Positions 48,147-57,913 of a stretch of 64,000 nucleotides of DNA are shown piece by piece (the first letter of the stretch is position 1; the number at the start of each line of letters is the position of its first letter). A program made the translations under genes and the position numbers. Source of the DNA: a virus; the IMG/VR virus record IMGVR_UViG_3300021963_000027, positions 120,182-184,181 of that record; one strand, given 5' to 3'. Under the pieces are notes generated by a model, which had not been told where the DNA came from, made no database searches, and saw nothing but the letters and a program-made list of their open reading frames with translations.

Positions 48147-48530
48147 ATGAGATATACATCAGACAATATTACAGAATTGAGTGATAATGAATATATGGTA
48201 TTCGGATCAAATAAATCGGGAAGACACGGACTTGGAGCCGCTAAAACAGCGCATAAGAAATTCGGTGCAGAATATGGAGTTGGAGAAGGATTGACTGGTA
48301 GATGTTATGCTCTTCCCACCAAAGGCTACAATTTATCTAAAATGTCTTTAGCGGAAATCAAAAACCATGTAGATGTTTTTCTAAAATTTGCCAAGGATAA
48401 TCCCGATAAGACATTTCTCGTTACACAGATTGGTTGTGGATTAGCTGGACATAAACCAAAGGATATCGCACCAATGTTCGAGGAGCGAACGGGGAACGTG
48501 ATTATACCAAAAGAATTTGATATTATTTAA
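48147..48530 (+). CDS. Conserved phage protein (A1S_2505-like, macrodomain-related)
   Basis: VFGSN..G.HG.GAA..A..FGA..G.GEG..G..YALPT, F.VT.IGCGLAG; own TTGAAA-16-TAATAT promoter. Confidence 0.65.
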   Translation: MRYTSDNITELSDNEYMVFGSNKSGRHGLGAAKTAHKKFGAEYGVGEGLTGRCYALPTKGYNLSKMSLAEIKNHVDVFLKFAKDNPDKTFLVTQIGCGLAGHKPKDIAPMFEERTGNVIIPKEFDII

Positions 48531-48552
48531 TTTCCTATGATTAAATAATATC

Positions 48553-49158
48553 ATGTCAACTCCCGTAGTCCAAAGCTTTCTTAACAGAACAAGAAAAGAC
48601 AAATTCCTTCTGGTATTTGATCTACCCCCAATTCTCAAGAAGATCCAATCAAATTACACGAGAAATGACAATACGATCATCCCTGATAGTGTGCAATTCA
48701 GTATCTATGGGACAATGGTTCCAGGTCTGACAATCAAAGCGATTGCGACTCGATATGCTGGCGATACTCTTTATGTGTCATCCCACTCCAAAGATCCATA
48801 TCCTCCTGTAAATGTAAAATTTAAGGTGGATTCTGGCTATAATAATTATTGGGCAATTTATCAATGGTTGAACTTACAACATGACCAAAAAACAGGACAA
48901 TTCAATGCAAAAGGAATTGTAGTCGATGGTAATTTCTCCGATTACCAAACAGATATTACGATGTATGGTTTGGATGAATATGATAATAAAGTAATCCAAT
49001 TTAAATATACTAAAGCTTTTGTGACATCAATTGATGAATTGGCATTTTCTCAGAACGAGACGGGTGAAATGGAGATTGAAAGTGGATTTACCTTTGTTTT
49101 CTCACAAATGCACATCAATTTGTTAGGATGTGATAGATATAATCAGACTCTTTCTTAA
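48553..49158 (+). CDS. gp3: Tail tube terminator/completion protein
   Basis: Tube fold: F..VD..YNNY..IYQWL, DITM..LD, F.YTKAF. Confidence 0.65.
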   Translation: MSTPVVQSFLNRTRKDKFLLVFDLPPILKKIQSNYTRNDNTIIPDSVQFSIYGTMVPGLTIKAIATRYAGDTLYVSSHSKDPYPPVNVKFKVDSGYNNYWAIYQWLNLQHDQKTGQFNAKGIVVDGNFSDYQTDITMYGLDEYDNKVIQFKYTKAFVTSIDELAFSQNETGEMEIESGFTFVFSQMHINLLGCDRYNQTLS

Positions 49159-49195
49159 ATAGGAAATTTTTGTTCGGTATTTGCTAAATAATTAT

Positions 49196-49996
49196 ATGCA
49201 AACCCATGGTGTAGAAATTAACGAACAAACATCCTATTTTGGATATGTGTATATGTGGTGCGATATGGAACGAGATATGTTTTATATTGGTTCACATAAG
49301 GGTAGTATTTTCGACAAATATAAATCTGGTAGTAAATGGTTGAACGATTCTATTAAGAAAAGACCTACTACATTTAAAATGTTGGTATTAAATTATTACT
49401 ATGGGAACGATAGATCTGAATTATACGAATTAGAAACCAAATGGTTAAAATTTTACAATGTGGAGAGTAATGACGCTTATTATAATTTTAAGAATCAAGC
49501 TAAGGGTGGTATGGGACCGTTTAAACACAAGGGTAAAAAAAGAACGGATTATAGTCCAGGGTGGATAGATCATAGAAAAGGTAAAAAGGCGGAAGATATA
49601 TACAATAATCCCGATGCGTTTAAAGAAAGACTTCGTAAACAAGCCAATGATTATTTTGATAAACATGGGCATGGATGGAAAAAAGGAATAAAACATTCAA
49701 AAAAAGATCCCAGAAAAGGAAAAACAGTTGAAGAAATTTATGGGTATAGAAACTTAGTAAATCCTGATAAACCATTTGTGGTGACTATTTATGAAAACAA
49801 TGAAAGATCGCCATATGAAATTTATTGTTTAAATGAACGTGAATTTTATGAAAAGGTTAGAATGGATTATAGTAATTTAAAAATTTTGAAGGATTTTGGT
49901 GAAAAAATCGTGAAACGTATAAATCCTTCAGCTAGACATGATTATCCGATAGGAACTATGTTAAAATTAAAATTTGTGAAGGAAATAGCTAAATAA
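49196..49996 (+). CDS. Free-standing GIY-YIG (Seg-like) homing endonuclease
   Basis: GYVYMW...FYIGSH.G...Y..GS, E...L, YYN; ATG 49196. Confidence 0.85.
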   Translation: MQTHGVEINEQTSYFGYVYMWCDMERDMFYIGSHKGSIFDKYKSGSKWLNDSIKKRPTTFKMLVLNYYYGNDRSELYELETKWLKFYNVESNDAYYNFKNQAKGGMGPFKHKGKKRTDYSPGWIDHRKGKKAEDIYNNPDAFKERLRKQANDYFDKHGHGWKKGIKHSKKDPRKGKTVEEIYGYRNLVNPDKPFVVTIYENNERSPYEIYCLNEREFYEKVRMDYSNLKILKDFGEKIVKRINPSARHDYPIGTMLKLKFVKEIAK

Positions 49997-50003
49997 TGAT
50001 ATG
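49990..50003 (+). promoter_or_regulatory. Late-promoter-like TAAATA motif (representative copy; many others in the window)
   Basis: TAAATA about 5-8 nt before the start codons of 81, 578, 3858, 4353, 12573, 13300, 21971, 23974, 24332, 30333, 34330, 37355, 41240, 41736, 41768, 43716, 45191, 48553, 49196, 50001, 52546, 53322, 59354, 60728, 62047 and 63908. Confidence 0.8.
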
Positions 50004-52454
50004 CAAAGAACAATAAATTCAGCGGGAGTAGAGATATTTGAGAGAGATTTGAGTCTCATCGCACCGACAAATGTTGGTACTAACGTTTTCGTGACTGGTT
50101 TCACCTCACAAGGTCCATCAGATGAAGTGATCAAAATCACTACTAGAGACGAATTGGATTCGATTTACGGCACACCAACGAATAGTGCTGAAAGATATTT
50201 TTATTATACTGTAAGAGAACTTCTGAATTCTCCTGCCAACATCTACACTTTCCGCATTCCTTATGGTAGCGGTTCTGGTGATGGATTCGGTACACAACAC
50301 ACGGCACTGGTTTATCCAGTAGTTGCAGTTAAACCTGATGTTGTTTCATCCACGGTTATTGACAATGTGAGTAGCCCGACTCTTTCTGCTGCATCTTTGT
50401 CAACTATTGCCAATTTGTCGGCATCGGTTACAAATAATTTGGATCTTTCTGCTGCTTCTTACATCTTGGGTAGCCCTATCCAAGTTACTCTGACTGAGAC
50501 TCAATATGCTCAAGCAATGGAAGGAACTCTTTTTGATTGGAGTTCAACTGCTGCAACTAGAAACGAACTTATTAATGGATACCCCACTAGCCCAACTCTT
50601 AGTTCTTTGTCTCTCTTACAAAGAATGGGTAGTGCTGGTGTGATCGTGCTTGATAAAGCTCAGACCACTATCAATAGTCAATTTGAAGGTTACTATGTTG
50701 GTATTTGCGATAATACTAACATCGACCCCGCTTCCCCATTCAATGCTGTTACTCGTGCATATACCACTAGCTTGACTTCTCTCTACCACAGCACCTATAC
50801 TCAGATTCCAAATGGCACTCTGCAATTCAATCTGTCTTCTACTGCAAGTGGAGCTTCCAATAGCATCTCTCAAATCATGGAGAATCTTACAGATTACAAC
50901 ATTGATGGTAGAGAAGATGATGACCTCTTAAATTTGGGAGTATTCAAACTTCGTAAGAGCATTTATGCTACAGAATCTTTCAAATTGGATTTCGTTCTGG
51001 ATGACAGAATTGTCGGTTCGATTGATACATTCCGTACTCAACTCAATCCTACAGGTGGTCCATCTGTTCCATTCTTCTTGGAAACACAAGATACCAATGC
51101 TCGTAATGTGGAAGTCATGGTGAACCCATACATTTCCAATAAATTTACACAATCTTCTTTGGATTCCGCTGGTATTCCTCAGAAGAAAATCAGAGTGTTT
51201 ACTGATAATTTCTACAACGAAGTTAGCAAATTGTCTGCTGGTGGTAGTTTATCTGCTACCAACAAGTTCGGAGCATTTGCACAACAATTGGATGAAATTG
51301 TTAATGATTTGGAAGTAAAAGCTGATGCTCTGTATCCTCTTGGTGCATATAGCCCAACTAAAATTACACAGAAATTGATTGGAAGCATTCCAAGTAAAAT
51401 CAATCGTGCTTTGGAAAGTGTTAAAAACGATGAGATTTACGACATTGATGTCGTAGTCGAAGGTGGTCTTGGAACAGTGTTCACAATGGCATCTGCCGCT
51501 GGAACAACTTATTACGATGATACTCTATACAATCCTGCATTGAAAGCGAAAGTCGATTCTCTTAGAACATCACAAGATATTTTCAACGATGCGGTTGCTA
51601 CCGATCTTCGTGGAAGCTACAGTGCAGTCTTCAATCAATTTGAGAATTTCTGTAACCTCCCAAGTAACACTGGTGGTCGTGGTGACTGTATCTTCATTGC
51701 TGATCCAATCCGTCACATTCTTGTGACTGGTAGAAACAGTAAGATTCTTGCTGATAAAACCAAGAACTTCCAATTGGACGTTTATTGGGCAATGAGACAC
51801 CAATTTGAATTGGAAAATACATCTTACGCTGCTACCTATGGTAACTGGGTGCAAGCTTATGATGATTTCACTGGTGAGAAAGTTTGGATTCCATTCTCTG
51901 GTTATCAAGCTGCTATCATGGCTCGTAGCGATGCTGCTGAATTCCCATGGTCTGCTCCTGCTGGATTCACTCGTGGTCTTGTAACCAACGCTTTGGACAT
52001 CGCTATCAATCCTAATCAGAAACAACGTGATGAACTTTACAAAGTTAATATCAACCCTGTTATGTTCTCTGCATCTCAAGGAATCGTTGTATTCGGTCAA
52101 AAAACGATGTCTCGCAAACCAAGTGCATTTGATCGTATCAATGTTCGTAGATTGTTCCTTGCTCTGGAAAGACCTACCAAGAAAACAGCGCAATTCTTCG
52201 TGTTTGAACCTAACAATGAATTCACTCGCACCAGATTGGTCAATACACTAGACCCAATCTTCAAAACTGCGAAGGAAAACGGTGGTTGCTATGATTACTT
52301 GATCGTCTGCGATGAGAGAAATAATACACCACAAGTCATTGACAGCAATGAACTGAAAGTTGATATTCTAATCAAACCAACGAGAACTGGAGAGTTCATC
52401 CTCTGCACCTTTACGGCGACTAGATCTGATGCAAACTTTGATGAGTTGATCTAA
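50001..52454 (+). CDS. gp18: Tail sheath protein
   Basis: SAGVEIFERD, PWSAPAGFTRG, RDELYK..INP, GQKT, FDRINVRRLF, FEPNN..TR. Confidence 0.97.
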   Translation: MQRTINSAGVEIFERDLSLIAPTNVGTNVFVTGFTSQGPSDEVIKITTRDELDSIYGTPTNSAERYFYYTVRELLNSPANIYTFRIPYGSGSGDGFGTQHTALVYPVVAVKPDVVSSTVIDNVSSPTLSAASLSTIANLSASVTNNLDLSAASYILGSPIQVTLTETQYAQAMEGTLFDWSSTAATRNELINGYPTSPTLSSLSLLQRMGSAGVIVLDKAQTTINSQFEGYYVGICDNTNIDPASPFNAVTRAYTTSLTSLYHSTYTQIPNGTLQFNLSSTASGASNSISQIMENLTDYNIDGREDDDLLNLGVFKLRKSIYATESFKLDFVLDDRIVGSIDTFRTQLNPTGGPSVPFFLETQDTNARNVEVMVNPYISNKFTQSSLDSAGIPQKKIRVFTDNFYNEVSKLSAGGSLSATNKFGAFAQQLDEIVNDLEVKADALYPLGAYSPTKITQKLIGSIPSKINRALESVKNDEIYDIDVVVEGGLGTVFTMASAAGTTYYDDTLYNPALKAKVDSLRTSQDIFNDAVATDLRGSYSAVFNQFENFCNLPSNTGGRGDCIFIADPIRHILVTGRNSKILADKTKNFQLDVYWAMRHQFELENTSYAATYGNWVQAYDDFTGEKVWIPFSGYQAAIMARSDAAEFPWSAPAGFTRGLVTNALDIAINPNQKQRDELYKVNINPVMFSASQGIVVFGQKTMSRKPSAFDRINVRRLFLALERPTKKTAQFFVFEPNNEFTRTRLVNTLDPIFKTAKENGGCYDYLIVCDERNNTPQVIDSNELKVDILIKPTRTGEFILCTFTATRSDANFDELI

Positions 52455-52475
52455 TCTAAATACTGAATAATATTC

Positions 52476-52512
52476 AAATCCTGATTGGTTTTTACTGATC
52501 AGGATTTTTTTT
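52476..52512 (+). terminator. Rho-independent terminator after gp18
   Basis: AAATCCTGAT...ATCAGGATTT stem plus a long T-run. Confidence 0.8.
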
Positions 52513-52545
52513 ATTGAAATTTTTGACAAATGACTAAATAGTATT

Positions 52546-53307
52546 ATGGCTGGAACTACTATTTACAATTTAGGTAAAGCAACTGAATATGATCAATACC
52601 CTGCTATTTATATTTTAAAAAATGAAATAAATGGGAAGGTTTATATCGGAGAAACTATGAATCTGAGACAGCGAGTATATTCATATCATAAATCGAATAT
52701 AGATACTCCTAGACCCATATTGAGAGCTATTAATAAACATGGTTTAGAAAATTTTTCCTTCAAATATCAATATTATCCCGATATGTCTAAGGAAGAATTA
52801 TTGGATATTGAAGAGAGATTAATAAAAGAACACAATAGTTTAATGAGTGGAAATGGATACAATGTTTGTTCAAGAGGGCAAAATAGATATTCAGCAACAC
52901 AATCTCTTGAAGCTCGCAAAAAAAGAAGTGAAATTTTTAAAGGGAGAGTCATCACAGAAGAATGGAGAGAAAATATGTCAAAAGCCAAGAGTGGGGAAAA
53001 CCATCCTATGTATGGTAAAAAAATGTCAGAGGAGACGAAGAAAAAAATGGGAGATTCCAGAAGAGGTGAGAGAAATGGGAGATATGGTAAAAAAACATCT
53101 GATGATCATAAAAATAAATTAATGATGAATCGAAAGGATCGTATAGAAGTGGAACAATATACTAAATCAGGGGAATTTGTTGCAAGATATTCATCAATAC
53201 AAGAAGCTATGAGGCAGACTGGTATAGATAGTGGACATATCGGTTCTGTTTGTAATGGGAAAAGAAAAAGTGCTGGAAACTTTATTTGGAGAAAAATCAC
53301 ATCTTAA
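52546..53307 (+). CDS. GIY-YIG homing endonuclease with NUMOD3/NUMOD1-like repeats
   Basis: AIYILKNEINGKVYIGET, GYN, GENHPMYGKKMSEETK, and a C-terminal SIQEA..G..I..VC.GKRKSAG.FIW. Confidence 0.92.
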   Translation: MAGTTIYNLGKATEYDQYPAIYILKNEINGKVYIGETMNLRQRVYSYHKSNIDTPRPILRAINKHGLENFSFKYQYYPDMSKEELLDIEERLIKEHNSLMSGNGYNVCSRGQNRYSATQSLEARKKRSEIFKGRVITEEWRENMSKAKSGENHPMYGKKMSEETKKKMGDSRRGERNGRYGKKTSDDHKNKLMMNRKDRIEVEQYTKSGEFVARYSSIQEAMRQTGIDSGHIGSVCNGKRKSAGNFIWRKITS

Positions 53308-53321
53308 AGTTAAATATTATT

Positions 53322-53891
53322 ATGGCCACTACCATCGAGAATTTTATGAATCAGGCGATGCAAAAACAATTTGCTCGCGACTTCCTCTTCCGTGTTAAAC
53401 AAATCGACATCACAGGACTCTCCTTGAATGGTGAGACTGATCTTGTTTACGCTAAAACAGCTACTTTTCCTGGAAGAGATATTGAAAACAAACAGGTGAA
53501 TTATTCAGGTCAAACTTTCAATATTCCTGGAAAATCTAGCTATCCAGGTTCTGAAGGTTGGTCTGTAGAATTTTATCTCGATCAAAATTTGGATATCAGA
53601 GAGAAACTTGAAAGAGCAAGTAGAATTCTTTTCGACAATGAAACCACTACTGGTAATATTTGTATGCCAGGATATGAGTCTGTAATCACTTTGGATGTTC
53701 TTCAAATTCCTTGCCAAAGAGGTTCTAATGTGACATCGGGTAGTGAAATGCAAGTTGGTAGAACAATCCAATTGATTGGTGCTTCTCTTCGAAATATCAG
53801 CGAAGTTTCTTATGAAATTGCTGATGGAACTGGTGAAATTAAAACATTCACTGCGACTTTCGCGTATCATTTCTATCGTGGACTGGTCTAA
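53322..53891 (+). CDS. gp19: Tail tube protein
   Basis: Downstream of the sheath; KTATFPG, Y.GQ...PG, W.VEF, F.ATFAY; ATG 53322. Confidence 0.8.
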   Translation: MATTIENFMNQAMQKQFARDFLFRVKQIDITGLSLNGETDLVYAKTATFPGRDIENKQVNYSGQTFNIPGKSSYPGSEGWSVEFYLDQNLDIREKLERASRILFDNETTTGNICMPGYESVITLDVLQIPCQRGSNVTSGSEMQVGRTIQLIGASLRNISEVSYEIADGTGEIKTFTATFAYHFYRGLV

Positions 53892-53907
53892 GTGATTAAG
53901 TAATTAC

Positions 53908-54516
53908 ATGTCTAACCCACAGATTGAAGATTTTCTCCAAGCGTTCTCAGGGGACGCTAGATACTGTCTTTCTATACCAGTATTATGGTCAGTATCCATT
54001 GATGGAGTATCGAATGATTCCATAAACCAGTATTTACAGTTAGCACAGGAAAAATGGAGAGCTAAGATCACTCCTAATTCCATGACAAAAAATGGTAATA
54101 TTTTACCAGCACAAGCAGTGACAATTCCAACTGAGGGAGCTAATTTTGGTTCTAGTTCAATTGGTGAAAATAGTGGTGGATTTTTGCCAGGATATGTTTT
54201 GAACAGTAGACAAGATTTCTTGTCTCGTAGCTTTTCTATAAACTTTTTAGAGACTAGAAAAGATTTGGAACATGAATATTTCAGACCTTGGATCATAGCT
54301 TTATCAATAAAAGGTTTGATCGAAGCAGGTGCAAATCTCAAAGCTGATATCACAGTAAAACAATACACGAATGGTGGCGAATTGAGAAAAGGTTATATCT
54401 TTAGAAAAGCATTTCCCACTGGTGTTGAAGGGTTTACGATGGATTATCAGAATACAGAATTCCCTGTGAAATCTGTGACATTTGCTTGTCAGAATTACGA
54501 ACAGATTGCTGTGTAA
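53908..54516 (+). CDS. Tail-tube-fold baseplate protein (gp54/gp48-like)
   Basis: AQAVTIP, SINFLET, FRPW, Y.F.KAFP, VTF. Confidence 0.6.
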   Translation: MSNPQIEDFLQAFSGDARYCLSIPVLWSVSIDGVSNDSINQYLQLAQEKWRAKITPNSMTKNGNILPAQAVTIPTEGANFGSSSIGENSGGFLPGYVLNSRQDFLSRSFSINFLETRKDLEHEYFRPWIIALSIKGLIEAGANLKADITVKQYTNGGELRKGYIFRKAFPTGVEGFTMDYQNTEFPVKSVTFACQNYEQIAV

Positions 54517-55214
54517 TGAGGATAACGATCAACGATATAAAAAAATGTTTGGAGGAAGATGAGGACTTCTTCATGGATTATTTGAATAAATTCAAAGGTG
54601 ATAATATACATGAAAAGTTCGTAAATATCTTAAAGAATTGGGAGAAATATGTATCATATACTATCAATTTTAATATAAAAGAGAAAAATATAAAAATATC
54701 ATTGGATTATCTTGTAAAAGAATTGAATAAATTTTCCACTCAACCTACTTGGTTTGAACATTCAAATATAAAAGTATTAGTCGATATCCCAAGTAAATTT
54801 GTAAAAGAATTGAATATTCTATCTGTATCCAATTTTATTAAAAAAATAGAATACGGTAATTTTGTTATTGATTTTACGGAATTGTCAGATGAAGTTAAAG
54901 ATGAAATGTTGGAAAAATTACCAGCAGATTTCTACAATAAGATGATACAATTTTTAATAAATGCAGAGGATAAAAAAGTCATTTTGCAAAATGCTGCACT
55001 GGAAAACATGGAAATCAACTTCTTAACATCTTTACCATACGAAATGGTTAAAGGTTTGTTTTATTCCTATGATATGGATTACTTTCGAGATATCATCTAT
55101 TATCTATCGAAGAAAATTGATGGTAAGATTTTAATGGATTCTACCATTATGGATATCGAATATTATATCGATAAAATGAAAAGTGATGTTCCCGAAACAC
55201 CGCAACTTTTTTAA
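54516..55214 (+). CDS. Hypothetical protein, possibly baseplate hub-related
   Basis: ATG overlaps the upstream stop; lies in the tail cluster. Confidence 0.5.
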   Translation: MRITINDIKKCLEEDEDFFMDYLNKFKGDNIHEKFVNILKNWEKYVSYTINFNIKEKNIKISLDYLVKELNKFSTQPTWFEHSNIKVLVDIPSKFVKELNILSVSNFIKKIEYGNFVIDFTELSDEVKDEMLEKLPADFYNKMIQFLINAEDKKVILQNAALENMEINFLTSLPYEMVKGLFYSYDMDYFRDIIYYLSKKIDGKILMDSTIMDIEYYIDKMKSDVPETPQLF

Positions 55215-55303
55215 TTGATATTTCTCTACCGTATAATAAATATTGATGTTGTATTTTTTGTAGATTTTTTATTGACATTTGATCTTCAGTAGTAAATACG
55301 GGC

Positions 55304-56035
55304 ATGGACAATAATGTTAAGAACTTCTTGGACAGTATCCAAGATTTAAAAAATACAAAATTCAAAGTGAATTGTATCACTACTGGCGAAAAGTTTGATT
55401 GCGCTCCTTTATCATTCAAACAACAAAAAAATATCATTTCAACCTTCACAGAAGGAACTGTTGGTGTTTTGAAATTCCAAAAAATGTTGAATGATATCAT
55501 CGTTGAAAACACTGGAAGTAATGGTTGGTTGGTTGTCGATAAAATTCCTGTTATCTTAAAATTAAGAAAGGAAAGTTTAGGTGATATTGTCAAAACATCA
55601 GATGGAGAGATTAATATCAGAGACATCAAAATTTTGGAGAAAATTGATATCCCTCTCCAACATACTGTCGAGGGTGCAGTGACAGTAGAACTGGATACCC
55701 CTACATTATTTGAAGAAAATAAAGTTATCAATTATGCAATTGATATTCTGAAAAAAGATGGAGAAAAAGATGTCGGAAAGAATCTGACTAATCTATTCAC
55801 TTTTGAAATTGTTAAATTCGTCAAGAGTGTGAAATTTGGTGAAAAATCTTTGAGTTTCTCTGAATTGTCTATCAAAGATAGAATTTCAGTGATCGAGAAC
55901 TTGCCTCTGACCATCAATCAAGACATTGCTAAATTCATTGATAAAGTTAAAGAAATCGATAGAAGCCAAACGAAAGTGGTTATCGATGGGGAAGAAAAAA
56001 CATTTGATATTGACATAACATTTTTTGATAATTAA
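55304..56035 (+). CDS. Baseplate hub assembly protein (gp26/gp51-like)
   Basis: PLSFKQQK, L.VVDK..V.L.LRK.S.G, E.LP, and a terminal FF pattern. Confidence 0.55.
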   Translation: MDNNVKNFLDSIQDLKNTKFKVNCITTGEKFDCAPLSFKQQKNIISTFTEGTVGVLKFQKMLNDIIVENTGSNGWLVVDKIPVILKLRKESLGDIVKTSDGEINIRDIKILEKIDIPLQHTVEGAVTVELDTPTLFEENKVINYAIDILKKDGEKDVGKNLTNLFTFEIVKFVKSVKFGEKSLSFSELSIKDRISVIENLPLTINQDIAKFIDKVKEIDRSQTKVVIDGEEKTFDIDITFFDN

Positions 56036-56261
56036 TATGAAGAAAAACACAATACTTAAAAAATTGGAAACTCACGAAGAGAAAATTATTAAATCTATTA
56101 ACGATTTTCAAGATTTTCTTGATTCAATTGAAGACACAGAAATTTCAGTAATGGCTGAAGATTTCTGCGCAGGTGTCCTTGACTTTATTCAAGAGAATGA
56201 TACTTGTAGTCTGATCAATATCAGAGAATTTATCGAGAACGAATATGAGCCAGAACAATAA
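56025..56261 (+). CDS. Hypothetical protein
   Basis: 78-aa acidic ORF. Confidence 0.7.
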   Translation: MIINMKKNTILKKLETHEEKIIKSINDFQDFLDSIEDTEISVMAEDFCAGVLDFIQENDTCSLINIREFIENEYEPEQ

Positions 56262-57180
56262 TATTTTAATTTTAGGAAAGGGTTACATTGGTAATTACCT
56301 TTTTAACCATTTACAATCCAATCAATTCAGCATCCAAATTAAATCGAGAAACGATCTTGATTACCATGACATGTCAGTATTGAAGAAATTCATTCTCAAT
56401 AATAATATTAGAACGGTAATAAATTGTTCAGGATTTACTGGTAAACCTAACGTAGACCAAGCAGAATTGGAAAAAGAAGAATGTTGGAAATTAAACACCA
56501 CTATTCCTTTGGAAATTAATAGATCATGCGACTCATTGGGAGTCTACTACATCCACGTTTCTACTGGTTGTCTTTATGATGGATACGACAAAGAGTGGTC
56601 GGAAAAAGATACTCCTAATTTCGGACTGTTCCAGAATCACAGTTCATTCTACAGTAGATCCAAACATGCTTACGAAAATCTTGCAAAAGATTTGAAAGGT
56701 ATTGTTTTGAGAATTAGAATGCCTTTTGGTCAAGATAATTCATATCGAAATTATTTCACCAAAATTAAAAAATATAATGATTTATTGAATCTTGTAAATT
56801 CCAAGACATACATTCCTGATCTTTGTGATTTCGTGCAATGCCTTATTAGCACTTTGAATGATGATACTTATTGGGTTCGTAAAGAGATTTACAATGTTAC
56901 CAATCCCGAACCACTGAAAACAGAGGAGATTTGTGAGATTCTAAAATCATATGGTATGCACAATTCTGATTGGAAATTGGTAGATAGATCACAATTGAAA
57001 GCATATGCGAATCGTTCTAACTGTGTGTTGGATACTAAAAAATTGCAAGAAATCTTTCCAATCAGAACTGAGAAGCAAGCAATCATTGAATACTGTGAAC
57101 AAATCATCGCTGATCAGAAGGAAAGATTAAAGAAACAACAAGAAATCTCTGAAGACGAACTGTATAAAATTTATGACTAA
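56245..57180 (+). CDS. rmlD: RmlD-like NAD(P)-dependent sugar reductase
   Basis: ILILGKGYIG Rossmann motif, INCSGFTG.PNVD, HVSTGC, YSRSK (YxxxK), LRIRMP. Confidence 0.75.
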   Translation: MSQNNNILILGKGYIGNYLFNHLQSNQFSIQIKSRNDLDYHDMSVLKKFILNNNIRTVINCSGFTGKPNVDQAELEKEECWKLNTTIPLEINRSCDSLGVYYIHVSTGCLYDGYDKEWSEKDTPNFGLFQNHSSFYSRSKHAYENLAKDLKGIVLRIRMPFGQDNSYRNYFTKIKKYNDLLNLVNSKTYIPDLCDFVQCLISTLNDDTYWVRKEIYNVTNPEPLKTEEICEILKSYGMHNSDWKLVDRSQLKAYANRSNCVLDTKKLQEIFPIRTEKQAIIEYCEQIIADQKERLKKQQEISEDELYKIYD

Positions 57181-57913
57181 AAAAGGAATTGTGCTTTCGG
57201 GAGGGAAAGCTACTCGTTTATACCCCATTACAAAAACGACATCCAAACAATTATTGGGTATCTATAAAAAACCAGTGATCGCCTATCCCCTTCAAACACT
57301 GAAGGAGATGGGTTATCAAGATATCCTTATTATCAATGCTGATGAGGAACAACAAAAACAATTTAAGATTTTGTTGGGAGATGGTGGTAAATTCGGTCTG
57401 AATCTGACTTATGCAATTCAGGACAAACCTCGTGGTCTTGTCGATGCTTTTATTGTTGGTGAAGAATTTATTAAAGATGCAGATGAAATCTGTTTGATCC
57501 TTGGTGATAATATTATCATTGGTAACTCACCGATTCATCCCCAATCAAATACAATCTACACTTACAAAGTAAAAGACCCATCAGCATATGGTGTGGTGGA
57601 AACTGATGAAAATGGTTTGATCAAACAAATTGTGGAGAAACCTAAAGAATTTATCTCAGAAGATGCTGTGATCGGTCTTTATGTATTTTCCAATGAAGTG
57701 GTTGAAATGGCTAAAAAGGTCGCACCATCGGCAAGAGGAGAACTGGAAATCGTTGACCTCATTCGCTTGATGAATGAGAAGGAAGGTGTCAATGTTGAGA
57801 AACTGGATGGTTTTTGGTTCGACATTGGTGACTTCGATTCCCTATTGGACTGTGCAAATCTCGTAAGAACTATTGACAAACGATCAAACCATGCTATTGG
57901 TATTGATGTATGA
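57173..57913 (+). CDS. rmlA: Glucose-1-phosphate thymidylyltransferase
   Basis: GIVLSGGKATRLYPIT..SKQLL, Q.KPRGL..AF, LILGDN, EKP, SARGELEI, WFDIG. Confidence 0.92.
   Translation: MTKKGIVLSGGKATRLYPITKTTSKQLLGIYKKPVIAYPLQTLKEMGYQDILIINADEEQQKQFKILLGDGGKFGLNLTYAIQDKPRGLVDAFIVGEEFIKDADEICLILGDNIIIGNSPIHPQSNTIYTYKVKDPSAYGVVETDENGLIKQIVEKPKEFISEDAVIGLYVFSNEVVEMAKKVAPSARGELEIVDLIRLMNEKEGVNVEKLDGFWFDIGDFDSLLDCANLVRTIDKRSNHAIGIDV

Noticed and set aside
51570-52193. 207-aa minus-strand ORF and other short antisense ORFs within gp18, polB and gp41
   Set aside because: They are shadows of highly conserved genes.
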